Shown: positions 18,791 to 29,692 of the stretch, one piece after another
How the letters are laid out: every line of letters begins with the position of its first letter
Numbering within the stretch: position 1 is the stretch's first letter
Assembly (NCBI GenBank): GCA_021845685.1
Contig: JAJZVN010000010.1
Coordinates: 3,096 to 67,095, forward strand
Length of the DNA: 64,000 nucleotides
DNA from: a bacterium
GTDB taxonomy: Bacteria; SZUA-79; Acidulodesulfobacterales; Acidulodesulfobacteraceae
Direction of reading: 5' to 3'
The notes under the pieces: generated by a model
Seen by the model: the letters and a program-made list of their open reading frames with translations, nothing else
Databases searched by the model: none
Told to the model about the DNA's origin: nothing
Translations under genes and position numbers: made by a program

Positions 18791-19237
18791 ATGCTTATGT
18801 TAAAAATTAAAAATCTGTTATCTGTGCCTAAGGTATCTTTAATGATTTCTTTATTCATCGGTTTATTTATTTTTGGTTTAGCGGTATTTGCTATGCCAAA
18901 GTTTGCCAGCGCTAAAACAAAAACTTTTTATTGTCCGTCAGGCTATTCTTTTAATTCAAAATTAGAACTGTGCGAAGGTGATGGAAGTTTAAAAGGCTAT
19001 AACACAACACCTAATACAAAAATAAATGTTTTTAAATCAAAACATCATATTTATATTTGTCCTAACAAATATGTCTATTCTAAAAAGATTCAGCTGTGCA
19101 GAGGCGAAGGCTCTTTGAAAGGCAGCAATATTCAGCCTACCGTTGAGACCAGAAAAACAAAACCTGCTTCAAAAATTTCCAAAGCTTCTATGAAAAATAT
19201 TAAAAAGACTGCTTTTGAAAAGAAAAAAATAGGCTAA
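18791..19237 (+). CDS. hypothetical secreted protein with an internal Cys-containing duplication
   Basis: 148 aa with a signal-like N-terminus. Two repeats of C-P-x-x-Y-x(4-5)-K-x-x-L-C-x-G-x-G-S-L-K-G-x-N. Confidence 0.45.
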   Translation: MLMLKIKNLLSVPKVSLMISLFIGLFIFGLAVFAMPKFASAKTKTFYCPSGYSFNSKLELCEGDGSLKGYNTTPNTKINVFKSKHHIYICPNKYVYSKKIQLCRGEGSLKGSNIQPTVETRKTKPASKISKASMKNIKKTAFEKKKIG

Positions 19238-19327
19238 TAAAATTCATCCAAATAATAAATCAAATTAAGTAAAATAATAAAATATTAAGTAAAATAGTAC
19301 AATATAAAGTGAAATAGAAAATATAAA

Positions 19328-20311
19328 GTGAAAATAATAGCAATATTAAGAAATCAGAGAATGTTTAATATCTTAAAAGAGTATGCCGATTTAAATAATT
19401 TTGACATTGTTCATTATATAAATGTTGAAGATTTTTTAAATAATTACTCTTTATACATAAATGACGATATTTATATGGTTGTAAATGCAGGGATAGAAAT
19501 TGGACATAATGTATTATCTTTGAAAAATATTAAAGCTATTCAGCAATTTGGCATCGGCGTTGAAAACGTTGACTTAGAAGAAGCTGCAAACAATAAAATA
19601 CCTGTTTTTAATGTTCCGACAAAAGGAACCGCTAATGCAACGTCTGTAGCTGAACTGTCAATGTTTTATGCATTGGCTCTTGCAAGAGATTATAACGGAT
19701 GCATAAATTCTATTAATCACGGCATAGCTAATGAGCCTATGGGTATCAGCCTGGCAGGCAAAAAATTCGGCATTATCGGCATGGGAGGAATAGGTCTTGA
19801 GCTGATAAGACTGCTAAAGCCTTTTAATACAGTTATTTACGGCATTAAACACACAAAAGCTGAAAAAGATTACGCAAAAAAATTAGGTATAGAGTTTACA
19901 GGGACTTTTGCTGATGATTTTAAAATTATATTGCCGAAATTAGATTTTATTGTTTTGGCATTGCCTTTAAATGAAACTACACAAAATATTTTAAACGGCG
20001 AAACAATAAACTTGTTGAAAAACGGAAGTTATGTTATAAATGTCGGAAGGGCGGGACTTATTGAAAAATACGCTCTTATACAGGCATTAAAAAGCGGAAA
20101 AATTAAAGGTGCCGGACTTGATGTTTTATGGGAAGAGCCCGCCCACATAAGAGATGAAATATTTCATTTTAATGTCATAGCAACTCCTCATATCGGCGGA
20201 GCTACCGAATCGTCAATTAACGACATAGCCGGAATCGGCATGGAAAATATTAAAAACTATATTGATAATAAAAATTTAAAAAACTGCGTTAACGCAGAAG
20301 CGATAAGTTAG
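19328..20311 (+). CDS. D-isomer-specific 2-hydroxyacid dehydrogenase family protein (phosphoglycerate dehydrogenase-like)
   Basis: 327 aa, GTG start. NAD-binding GIIGMGGIGLE, and catalytic-region RAGLI...LDV...EP...TPHIGG. Confidence 0.75.
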   Translation: MKIIAILRNQRMFNILKEYADLNNFDIVHYINVEDFLNNYSLYINDDIYMVVNAGIEIGHNVLSLKNIKAIQQFGIGVENVDLEEAANNKIPVFNVPTKGTANATSVAELSMFYALALARDYNGCINSINHGIANEPMGISLAGKKFGIIGMGGIGLELIRLLKPFNTVIYGIKHTKAEKDYAKKLGIEFTGTFADDFKIILPKLDFIVLALPLNETTQNILNGETINLLKNGSYVINVGRAGLIEKYALIQALKSGKIKGAGLDVLWEEPAHIRDEIFHFNVIATPHIGGATESSINDIAGIGMENIKNYIDNKNLKNCVNAEAIS

Positions 20312-20473
20312 ATAAATATGCCGGTAAGCTGGCATATAATATGTAATATATAGTATAGATAGACAGATAAGCATTAAGAAAAGCTTATGGATAGACGTTA
20401 AGTTAGTTCGTTCGATGTAACTATCCAATATAAATATAATAAAAATAGAAAAATAAAAAGGAAATATACCTTT

Positions 20474-23305
20474 ATGGATTATAAAAATACGCTTAATTTG
20501 CCGTCAACCGATTTTCCGATGAAGGCTAATCTAAAATCCACCGAAGAAAAATTTTTGAAAGAGTGGGATGAAATATCTTTATATGAAAAAATGACGGCAA
20601 AAGCAAAGGAAAAAAATTTTAAAACTTTTATTCTTCATGATGGTCCTCCTTATGCTAATGGACACATTCATCTCGGCACCGCTCTTAATAAAATTTTAAA
20701 AGATATTATAATAAGATTTAAATTTATGCAGGGTTATTATGCTCCTTATATACCCGGCTGGGATTGTCATGGTCTTCCTATAGAGCATAATGTTGATAAA
20801 AGTTTGAAAAATAAAGATTCTATATCTCAGGTTGAGAAGAGAAAGCTTTGCAGAAAATATGCGGCTGAATTTGTCGAAATTCAGAAAGCTGAATTTAAAA
20901 GATTAGGCAGTATCGGTAGATATGATAACCCTTATTTAACGATGAATTATTCTTATGAAGCCGACACGGTTAGGAAAATGGCTGACTTTATTAAAAATGG
21001 CGGACTTTACAGAGCAAATAAACCTATATACTGGTGCAGCTCTTGCAAAACTGCTCTTGCAGAAGCAGAAGTTGAATATGCGGAAAAAACATCGCCTTCA
21101 ATTTACGTAAAATTTAAAATAAAATCTGATTTGTCCGATGTCGTGAAATTGCCTGAAGGCAAAAATGTTTTCGCCGTCATCTGGACAACTACTCCATGGA
21201 CATTGCCCGCTAATCTCGCAATATCTTTGAATCCTGATTTTAATTATGTTTTTGCTGAAGTAAATAAAAATAAAGAAAAAGAAATATACATATTAGAAGA
21301 AAGCCTTGCCGAAGAAACGTTAAAAAAATTTGGGTTTAAAGACAATGAATTTAAAATATTAGCCGAGGTTAACGGAAAAAAATTAGAAAGCAAATTTGCG
21401 ATGCACCCTTTTATTAATAGAGATTCAATACTAATTTTAGGACAGCATGTAAAAAAAGATACGGGAACAGGTTTGGTTCATACGGCTCCAGGACATGGCG
21501 ATGAAGATTATGCCGTTGGATTAAAATATAATTTGCCTGCTTATGCGCCTGTCAACAATGAAGGTATATTTTTAAACGATGTAGATTTTTTTGCAGGGAT
21601 GCGCGTGTTTGATTCTAATATTCATGTTATAGAAAAATTAAAAGAAATAGGCGCATTGGTTCTTGAAGAAAAAATTGAACATTCTTACCCGCATTGCTGG
21701 AGATGCAAAAAGCCTCTTATTTTGCGTTCTACAAAACAATGGTTTATTTCTATGTCAATAAATAACCTGCGGGAAAATGCATTAAAGACAGTTAAAGAAA
21801 ACGTCAAATGGATACCGAAATGGGGATTAGATAGAATATCCGGAATGCTTGAAGTCAGACCTGACTGGTGTGTTTCAAGACAAAGGTCGTGGGGCGTTCC
21901 GATAACGGCTTTTTATTGCAAATCCTGCGGCGAGCCGCTAATTGATTACGATATTACTATGAAAATAGCCGATGAGTTTGAAAAATACGGCGCCGATATC
22001 TGGTTTGAAAAAGATGCTGATTATTTTTTAAACGAAACAAAAATAAAAAAGCATATAAAATGCAGCAAATGCGGCAGTGAAGAATTTGAAAAAGAAAGCG
22101 ATATTTTAGATGTTTGGTTTGACAGCGGAGTAAGTTATTTTTGTGTTTTAAAAAATGATGAAGATATGAAAGCAATAGGCTTTCCCGCCGATTTATATCT
22201 TGAGGGCTCAGACCAGCACAGAGGCTGGTTTCATTCAAGCCTCTTAATTGCAATAGGCTCGCAGGACGGAACTCCTTACAAGTCTGTTTTAACTCATGGA
22301 TTTGTTGTGGACAGCTCAGGAAGAAAAATGTCCAAATCTCTCGGCAATGTTATCGCTCCCGATGAAATTATAAATAAATACGGAGCGGATATTTTAAGAC
22401 TTTGGGCTGCTTCCGAAGATTATAAAAATGATATGAGAATTTCTAATGAAATTTTATCCCGCCTTTCCGAAGGCTATAGAAAAATTAGAAATACAATAAG
22501 ATTTATGCTCGGTAATCTGTTTGATTTTGATGATACTGCCGATGCCGTTAAATTTGAAGATTTAAATGATGTAGACAAATATGAAATCCATAATATATCT
22601 TTACTTGCTCAAAACTTATCGAGACATTATTCAAGTTATGATTTTCACCTTGTATATCAAAATATATATAAATTTGTCACGAGTTTTTCATCTTTTTATT
22701 TGGATGTATCCAAAGATTCTTTATATGTTGAAGCAAAAAATTCATTTAAGAGAAGGTCTATTCAAACAGTGCTGCATTACGGCTTAAATATTTTAATTAA
22801 ATATTCAGGTCCGATTTTACCCTTCACTTCTAAAGAAGCATGGAGTTATTTTAATAAAAAAAATAAAGAAAAAGAACTTGCATTTGAATATTTTGACGAA
22901 ATAGACGAAAATTTTATTGATTTTGAACTTGCCGAGAGATTTGAAAAATTAACGGAAATAAGAAATATTGTTTTATCTTCTTTAGAAAAAGCAAGAACCG
23001 AAAAGGTAATAGGCAGTTCGCTTGAAGCTTTAGTTATAATAAGAGCCGCCGAAGAAGATTACAAGCTATTGTCTGAATTTAAAATAAGCGAATTAAAAGA
23101 AATATTTATTGTATCGGCTTTGCAGATTGAAAAATTAGGCACTACTAATGAAGAAAACGGTGAGTTTATTTCGGAAGCTATCGTGGAGCTTGCTCCCGGG
23201 CAAAAATGCGCAAGATGCTGGACGTTTAGCGAAAGTGTCGGAACGCATAACGATTATAATGATATTTGCGGCAGATGCCGCGATGTATTAATAGATTTAA
23301 AATAA
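20474..23305 (+). CDS. ileS: isoleucine--tRNA ligase
   Basis: 943 aa. HIGH motif PYANGHIHLG, KMSKS, and a C-terminal zinc-finger CARC...CGRC. Confidence 0.95.
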   Translation: MDYKNTLNLPSTDFPMKANLKSTEEKFLKEWDEISLYEKMTAKAKEKNFKTFILHDGPPYANGHIHLGTALNKILKDIIIRFKFMQGYYAPYIPGWDCHGLPIEHNVDKSLKNKDSISQVEKRKLCRKYAAEFVEIQKAEFKRLGSIGRYDNPYLTMNYSYEADTVRKMADFIKNGGLYRANKPIYWCSSCKTALAEAEVEYAEKTSPSIYVKFKIKSDLSDVVKLPEGKNVFAVIWTTTPWTLPANLAISLNPDFNYVFAEVNKNKEKEIYILEESLAEETLKKFGFKDNEFKILAEVNGKKLESKFAMHPFINRDSILILGQHVKKDTGTGLVHTAPGHGDEDYAVGLKYNLPAYAPVNNEGIFLNDVDFFAGMRVFDSNIHVIEKLKEIGALVLEEKIEHSYPHCWRCKKPLILRSTKQWFISMSINNLRENALKTVKENVKWIPKWGLDRISGMLEVRPDWCVSRQRSWGVPITAFYCKSCGEPLIDYDITMKIADEFEKYGADIWFEKDADYFLNETKIKKHIKCSKCGSEEFEKESDILDVWFDSGVSYFCVLKNDEDMKAIGFPADLYLEGSDQHRGWFHSSLLIAIGSQDGTPYKSVLTHGFVVDSSGRKMSKSLGNVIAPDEIINKYGADILRLWAASEDYKNDMRISNEILSRLSEGYRKIRNTIRFMLGNLFDFDDTADAVKFEDLNDVDKYEIHNISLLAQNLSRHYSSYDFHLVYQNIYKFVTSFSSFYLDVSKDSLYVEAKNSFKRRSIQTVLHYGLNILIKYSGPILPFTSKEAWSYFNKKNKEKELAFEYFDEIDENFIDFELAERFEKLTEIRNIVLSSLEKARTEKVIGSSLEALVIIRAAEEDYKLLSEFKISELKEIFIVSALQIEKLGTTNEENGEFISEAIVELAPGQKCARCWTFSESVGTHNDYNDICGRCRDVLIDLK

Positions 23306-23353
23306 AAGAAACAATCTAATAATTTTATGCATTAAATAAATCAGATATAATAA

Positions 23354-23507
23354 TTAACCCTACTTTGCCATAATTACCGGCAGCCTGTTGATATTTGTAT
23401 ATTTATGGGGGCGACAAAAATGTCTATGGGGGCAAAATAAAAAATAAAATGTAATAAAATTAATGGGTTATAATTTTAGAATAATAAAAGCGGTGAAGCT
23501 GGGTTAA
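23354..23507. mobile_element. MITE family 2, copy b (inverted relative to copy a)
   Basis: ttaaccctactttgcc ... cggtgaagctgggttaa, with an internal tatggggg motif pair. It ends 4 nt before the tpiA ATG. Confidence 0.7.
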
Positions 23508-23511
23508 GAAT

Positions 23512-24429
23512 ATGACTGATAAGAAAATAATAATAGCTGCTAATTTTAAAATGAATAAAACGCACATTGAAGTGCGCGCATATTTAAATTCATTTTTTAA
23601 AAAATTGAAAGAACTTAATATAAATATAAACGATAAAACCGATGAAAAATGCATTGAAACTGATGCAGAAATTATATTTGCGCCTCCTTTTACTGCGCTT
23701 AACGAAGCATACAATATAATTGAAGAAAATATTGAATTTGGACATCTTGTCAAACTTGCTTCGCAAAATATATATTTTGAATCAGCGGGAGCCTATACAG
23801 GAGAAATATCAATAGAAATGATTAAGGCGTTTGACTGTTCATATGCTATAATAGGTCATTCTGAAAGAAGATGTATATTAAACGAATCCGACGATTTGAT
23901 AGCTAAAAAAATTTTTGCTGTTTTTAATTATAATAGTAAAAAAATAGATTTAAATTTTTGCGAAAAACATAACGGCAAATTGATACCTATATTATGCGTC
24001 GGCGAAAACTTAGATATCAGAAAAAGCGGAAAAGCTTTTGATTTTGTTGCGGGACAGTTAGATAAAGCTTTAAATTATTCTAAAAATAATTTAAACTCTA
24101 ATATGCAAAACATAAATGATAAATTAAAAGATAAAAGTATAATTGAAATTGATGAACTAATAGTTGCTTATGAGCCTGTATGGGCAATAGGAGCAGGATC
24201 GTCCATAGAACCTGAAGACGGAGAAAAAATGCATAAATTTATATATAAACATTTGAATAACAACTATTCTTCTATTAAAAATTTTTCCGTAATTTACGGC
24301 GGAAGCGTTACCGAAAAAAATATTAATATTTTAATGGAAAAAGAGCATATTGACGGCGTATTAGTCGGCGGAGCAAGTCTGGATCCGCAGTCTTTTTTTA
24401 ACATTTATAAATTTGCTGTTTCAAAATAA
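23512..24429 (+). CDS. tpiA: triosephosphate isomerase (with low-complexity insertions)
   Basis: 305 aa. AANFKMN, IGHSERR, AYEPVWAIGAG, YGGSV. About 50 aa longer than typical TpiA. Confidence 0.85.
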   Translation: MTDKKIIIAANFKMNKTHIEVRAYLNSFFKKLKELNININDKTDEKCIETDAEIIFAPPFTALNEAYNIIEENIEFGHLVKLASQNIYFESAGAYTGEISIEMIKAFDCSYAIIGHSERRCILNESDDLIAKKIFAVFNYNSKKIDLNFCEKHNGKLIPILCVGENLDIRKSGKAFDFVAGQLDKALNYSKNNLNSNMQNINDKLKDKSIIEIDELIVAYEPVWAIGAGSSIEPEDGEKMHKFIYKHLNNNYSSIKNFSVIYGGSVTEKNINILMEKEHIDGVLVGGASLDPQSFFNIYKFAVSK

Positions 24430-24575
24430 AATATTGCCCAAAATTTCAGTTAAATATTTTCTAATTTTCTAATTTTATAATTTATTTTATAATTTATATT
24501 AATATTTTAATCATTTCCAATAATTAATAATTATAATTATTAATTATATTGTAAATAAACAGGTAAATTAATAAA

Positions 24576-25979
24576 ATGACCGATAAGTTGAAAAATATTC
24601 AGCAAATACAGCCTCCCAAAGGAACCCGTGATTTTCTTCCCGACGCAATGATTTTAAGAAGAAATGTTATGGAGACAATCAGGCAATGTTTTGCTTTATA
24701 CGGATTTAGCGAAATTGATTCGCCTGTTTTTGAGTATTTTGAGCTTCTTTCAAGAAAATGCGGCGAAGAAATTGAAAAAGAAATTTATACTTTTCATGAT
24801 AAAGCAGATAGAAAATTAGGTCTAAGATTTGAGTTTACTTCTCCTCTCGGCAGATATTACGCTTCAAATAATGCAAAACTTACAAAACCTTTCAAAAGAT
24901 ATGTCATAGGAAAAGTATACAGGTATGAAAATACCCAAAACGGCAGATACAGGGAGTTTTATCAGGCTGATGTTGATATTATAGGCGTTTATTCTATGCT
25001 TGCAGAGCTTGAATTAATTGATTTAGCTGTTTTTACGCTTGAAAAATTAGGACTTAACAATTATGAAATACATTTAAATAATAGAAAAATATTAGACGGG
25101 ATTATAGAAGCTTCAGGAATACCCGTTAATAAAAAAGAAGCGGCATTGAGAATTTTAGATAAATTGTCTAAAATAGGAGAAGATAAAGTAATAAAAGAAT
25201 TTATAGACAATGATTTAACCGAAGAAAACTATAAATCTTTTATTGATTTAGTAAATTATAATAATATAAATAACAACAATAACAAAAATAATAATGTAAA
25301 TAATGCAAACAATAATATAAACGCTGACTTTGAAAGTTCAAATATATTATTTTTGGAATATCTTAAAGAAAAACTAAAAAATAGCGGTAAAGCTTTAGAA
25401 GGAATAAATGAACTTGTTTTTATTTTTGAAAATTCAAGCAAATTTAATTTAGATAAATATTTGCGGTTTGACCCGCTGCTTGTAAGAGGGCTTGGCTATT
25501 ATACCGGACCGATATTTGAAATAAAATCTTTAGATGTGAATATAGGCAGTTTTGCTGCGGGGGGAAGATACGATAATTTAATAGAATTGTACGGAGCGCG
25601 TCCGGAGGGAGCCTGCGGATTGTCTTTCGGCGTTGACAGAATTATAGATATAATTCAAGAAAAAAATCCTGATTATATTAATAATTTACCTTCCCCTATA
25701 AAGGTATTTATCGCGTATCTTGATTCAAATGAAAAATTGATAGATTATTCTTTTAATATTGCCAAATTATTAAGGATAAATAATATAACATGTGAAATAA
25801 ATCTAAATGAAAAATTAAATATATCTAAACAGTTAAAATATGCCAACAGTAAAAAGATTCCTTATACAATTGTAATAGGCGCAGATGAGCTGAAAGAAAA
25901 TAAAATAAAACTGAAAGATATGAAAAAAGCAGAAGAATATTTTATTTCATTAAAAGATGCCATAAAAATATTAAAGTAA
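24576..25979 (+). CDS. hisS: histidine--tRNA ligase (with poly-Asn insertion)
   Basis: 467 aa. Class II motifs (PKGTRDFLP, RYREFYQADVD, GGGRYDNL). Insertion NYNNINNNNNKNNNVNNANNNIN. Confidence 0.9.
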   Translation: MTDKLKNIQQIQPPKGTRDFLPDAMILRRNVMETIRQCFALYGFSEIDSPVFEYFELLSRKCGEEIEKEIYTFHDKADRKLGLRFEFTSPLGRYYASNNAKLTKPFKRYVIGKVYRYENTQNGRYREFYQADVDIIGVYSMLAELELIDLAVFTLEKLGLNNYEIHLNNRKILDGIIEASGIPVNKKEAALRILDKLSKIGEDKVIKEFIDNDLTEENYKSFIDLVNYNNINNNNNKNNNVNNANNNINADFESSNILFLEYLKEKLKNSGKALEGINELVFIFENSSKFNLDKYLRFDPLLVRGLGYYTGPIFEIKSLDVNIGSFAAGGRYDNLIELYGARPEGACGLSFGVDRIIDIIQEKNPDYINNLPSPIKVFIAYLDSNEKLIDYSFNIAKLLRINNITCEINLNEKLNISKQLKYANSKKIPYTIVIGADELKENKIKLKDMKKAEEYFISLKDAIKILK

Positions 25980-26107
25980 AAAAATACAAAAATAAAGTTA
26001 AATTTAACTCTTGCATTTTAAATCTTCTTAAGGGATGTAAAAATAAAATGAAAAATACAAAAAAAAGAAAAAGAACATGAATATTTATTTAATAAAATTT
26101 ATTATTT

Positions 26108-29023
26108 ATGAATAAAGTTTTAAAATCAAAAGTATTCATTACAGGTTTTATGGTTATTTTATTATATATAACCTGTTCTTTTGCAATTTATTCTTTTATT
26201 AATCATATAAACAGTAAAGCTAATGCTGATAATAAATTTTACAAAAAAACATTAAATCTTGCCGAAGATTTTTATTCTTTAAATTTCTATTTAAAAAAAT
26301 ATAATACTAATTCCCGCAAAAAATTAAATCCGCATCAGATTGGAAAAATTACATATAAAGTAGGCGACATCAATCAAGATTTTAAATATTTATTTAAAAA
26401 TTTACGGAGACAAGATAAATATTTGCAGGACAAAATACGTCCGATTTTAAATAAAGCATTTGTTGACTGGAAGAAAAAATCACTGCCTGAATTAAATTTA
26501 TTAATTAAACAAAAAAATATTCAAAACAAGTTTACCCCGCGGTTATCATTCATATTTTACAATAATTCAATACTGCTAAGAAAAGCATCGGATATATCAA
26601 TGAAAATAAATATGAATTATGCAAACGATTCTATGCGATTATTAAATTTGCTGCTATTAGTAAATTTTTTAATGGTAATAATTATAAGCCCTTTATTTTT
26701 ATATTATATTATAAAAGTTAAAATTCAAGCCGAAGATAATGAAAAATCAATTAAATCGATATTTGACCAGATGCTTAGCGGTCTTATTTTATTTAGAGAT
26801 AAATTTATATACATAAATCCGGAAGGCGAAAAAATATTAGGGTATTCTTTGTCAGAATTAAAAACAATGAATAATTGGGATATTATGTCTTACGAATATA
26901 AAGAAAGCGCAAAATCAAGATATAGCAAAGCTATAAAAAACGAAGGCGCAAGAGGAGAATTTTTATATAAAATTATTACTAAAAACAATGAAATAAAATG
27001 GGTGATATTTCATACATTGACGATTAATTACAAAGGTCAGCTTACTCGGCTCGGTAATTTTGTAGATTTAACAGAAATGAAAAATGCGGAAGACAAAATA
27101 AAAAATATTACAAGAATGTATTCTACTTTAAGCGATATAAACCAGCTGCTTTTAAGAGTGGAAAATATAGACGACGTGTATGAAAATATCTGTATAATCG
27201 CAGTTGAAAAAGGTCAGTTTAAAATGGCATTTTGCGGTTTTCCAGATGATTATAATAATAAAATGGATATTAAATTTTCGTATGGTTTTGTCGGAGACTA
27301 TTTAGATGACTTTACTATTTCTATTGACGATTCTATACCCGAAGGGCAAGGTCCGGGCGCAATCGCTTTTAGAGAAGACAGAATTGTAATTAACAATGAT
27401 ACCGAAACGAATCCGCTTATGAAACCTTATAGAGATAAAGCTCTTAAAATGGGGTTTTTATCTACGGCGAGTATGCCGATAAAACAGCATAATAAAATAA
27501 TCGGAATATTTAACATATATGCCGGTGAAAAAGATTTTTTCGATAATAAAGAAATTACCCTTTTAGAAGAATTAATGAAAGATATTTCTTTTATGATAAA
27601 TAAAATTGATTTAGAAAAAGAAATTAATTTTATGTCTTTTTATGATCCTTTGACGAAACTGCCTAACAGAAATTTTTTTATAGAAAGCGTGAATAATTAT
27701 TTAGAAAGAGCTAAAGGTCCTGCAGCTATAATTCTTCTGGATTTTTATAAGTTATCTTATATTAACAATACGTTCGGATATGGAACAGGCGACAGTCTGC
27801 TTAATAAGACGGCAGATAACCTTAAAGATTCTTTTACCGTTCAGGATATTATTTCAAGAATCGGCGGCGATGAGTTTGCGGTATTTATTACGGATTTAAA
27901 AGATAAAGATTCGGTAGTCCAGATTATTGATAAAATAAAACATTATTTTAAAAATTCCGTGCATATTGACGGACAAACATTTAATATTTCTTATAATATG
28001 GGAATATCAATTTATCCCGATGACGGAACAACGGCAGATAATCTTTTAAAATCAGCCGATATTGCTCTTTCAAATGCTAAAACTCAGGGCGAAAATGATT
28101 ATGAATTTTTTACTTCGTCAATGAATATAAAAGCCGCTGAATTTTTAATGATGAAAAAACGTCTTGTAGATGCATTTAAAAATAAAGAATTTGTTGTTTA
28201 TTATCAACCTTATTTTAATATAAAAAAATATGATGATTTTAATTTGAAATACCAAAACAATCAAAACGGTAAAAAAGATTCATTGAAATATGAAATAAGA
28301 GGAATGGAAGCTCTTATGAGATGGAACAGTCCTGATCTTGGTTTTGTTCAGCCTGCGAAGTTCATTCCGCTATTGGAAGAAATGGGCTTAATAAGACAGC
28401 TTGAAGAATTTTTAATAGATGCCGTATGTTTTAATTTAAAAGATTGGAAAAATAATAATTTAAAATTAGTTCCAGTTTCTATAAACATTTCTCCCGTGAG
28501 TTTTGATTATGAAGTCAAATGGTATTGCAATCCAGAGTTAGTTACTTCCCCTGCATATGTTTACGAAAATAAAAGTTTAAGTTTGGTTGATATGATTTTT
28601 CAGACTATTGATAGATACAGCCTTGATTATTCTTTGATAAATATTGAAGTAACGGAAGGCTTATTTATTCATCATTTTGATTGCGCTTTAAAAATATTAA
28701 ACAGATTTAAAGAAAAAGGTATGAAAATTGCTATTGACGATTTTGGAACGGGGTATTCATCGCTGTCGTATATAAAAAATATTCCTGCAGATATTATTAA
28801 GATAGATATTTCATTTATAAAAAATATGATGGAAAACCCAAAAGTTTTTGCAATCATCAATACTATTGTGGAGCTTTCCGCAAGATTAGGAATAGAGACT
28901 ATAAGCGAAGGCGTAGAGACCGTAGAACAACTAGAAAAATTAGAATCTTTAGGAGCGGACATGGTGCAAGGATATCTTTTCTCTAAGCCTATCCATGAAA
29001 CAGAAATACGAAAAATGCTTTAA
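26108..29023 (+). CDS. membrane-anchored PAS-GAF-GGDEF-EAL signalling protein (c-di-GMP turnover)
   Basis: 971 aa with two TM segments around a ~150-aa N-terminal domain. RIGGDEF and EALMRW motifs are intact. DDFGTGYSS and QGYLFSKP are present. Confidence 0.85.
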   Translation: MNKVLKSKVFITGFMVILLYITCSFAIYSFINHINSKANADNKFYKKTLNLAEDFYSLNFYLKKYNTNSRKKLNPHQIGKITYKVGDINQDFKYLFKNLRRQDKYLQDKIRPILNKAFVDWKKKSLPELNLLIKQKNIQNKFTPRLSFIFYNNSILLRKASDISMKINMNYANDSMRLLNLLLLVNFLMVIIISPLFLYYIIKVKIQAEDNEKSIKSIFDQMLSGLILFRDKFIYINPEGEKILGYSLSELKTMNNWDIMSYEYKESAKSRYSKAIKNEGARGEFLYKIITKNNEIKWVIFHTLTINYKGQLTRLGNFVDLTEMKNAEDKIKNITRMYSTLSDINQLLLRVENIDDVYENICIIAVEKGQFKMAFCGFPDDYNNKMDIKFSYGFVGDYLDDFTISIDDSIPEGQGPGAIAFREDRIVINNDTETNPLMKPYRDKALKMGFLSTASMPIKQHNKIIGIFNIYAGEKDFFDNKEITLLEELMKDISFMINKIDLEKEINFMSFYDPLTKLPNRNFFIESVNNYLERAKGPAAIILLDFYKLSYINNTFGYGTGDSLLNKTADNLKDSFTVQDIISRIGGDEFAVFITDLKDKDSVVQIIDKIKHYFKNSVHIDGQTFNISYNMGISIYPDDGTTADNLLKSADIALSNAKTQGENDYEFFTSSMNIKAAEFLMMKKRLVDAFKNKEFVVYYQPYFNIKKYDDFNLKYQNNQNGKKDSLKYEIRGMEALMRWNSPDLGFVQPAKFIPLLEEMGLIRQLEEFLIDAVCFNLKDWKNNNLKLVPVSINISPVSFDYEVKWYCNPELVTSPAYVYENKSLSLVDMIFQTIDRYSLDYSLINIEVTEGLFIHHFDCALKILNRFKEKGMKIAIDDFGTGYSSLSYIKNIPADIIKIDISFIKNMMENPKVFAIINTIVELSARLGIETISEGVETVEQLEKLESLGADMVQGYLFSKPIHETEIRKML

Positions 29024-29168
29024 ACATAACTATATAAAATTCCCCAGATGGATGGGGAAAATTAAATTGCAAAAAACAATGCTTATATTCCCCGCAGATT
29101 CAAGCGACAGTATGGGAATAAATAAATCGGATATTATAAACTTAATGAATCTATTGACTTTAATCCTG

Positions 29169-29329
29169 CGATAGAAAATGTTTTAGATAGTTTAATACTA
29201 AGCAATACTGGATTCCCGCTTGCGCGGGAATGACACCCAAAGGGTGAATGTTTAAATCCTCGCTAAGTCATTCCTGCGTAAGCAGGAATCCAGAAAATAA
29301 ATTTCTATCGCAGGATTAGGGATTGACAT
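29169..29329. mobile_element. MITE family 1, copy b (variant TIRs)
   Basis: TIRs tttaatcctgcgatagaaa / tttctatcgcaggattagg. The core ctggattcccgcttgcgcgggaatgacacc...gtcattcctgcgtaagcaggaatccag is the same as in copies a and c. Confidence 0.7.
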
Positions 29330-29692
29330 CATTCTTGACATTTTTAAAATAATGGTTTAAAATTAAATATAATTTATTTTATATCTTATTTATATCTATA
29401 TAAATAATATCTCAATATCTCAATTTTATATCTCGTTAATTATTAATTATATTATTATTGCCGGAAATTTCTTATATATAAGATAAGTAATAAAAGGCGA
29501 TGGTTTATAGCAGGAGTATAGCAGGCATTTTTATCCTGCTCATCCTTATTCAATTCACCTTTTTTATTTTCATTAGCAATATTTAGCAATATGAAATGAA
29601 TTAAATTTTTCTATTTTTCAACTTATCTAAACTATTTAATTAACTTAATTAACATTAATTTATTTTGAATTTATTTTGATGGAATATTATAT

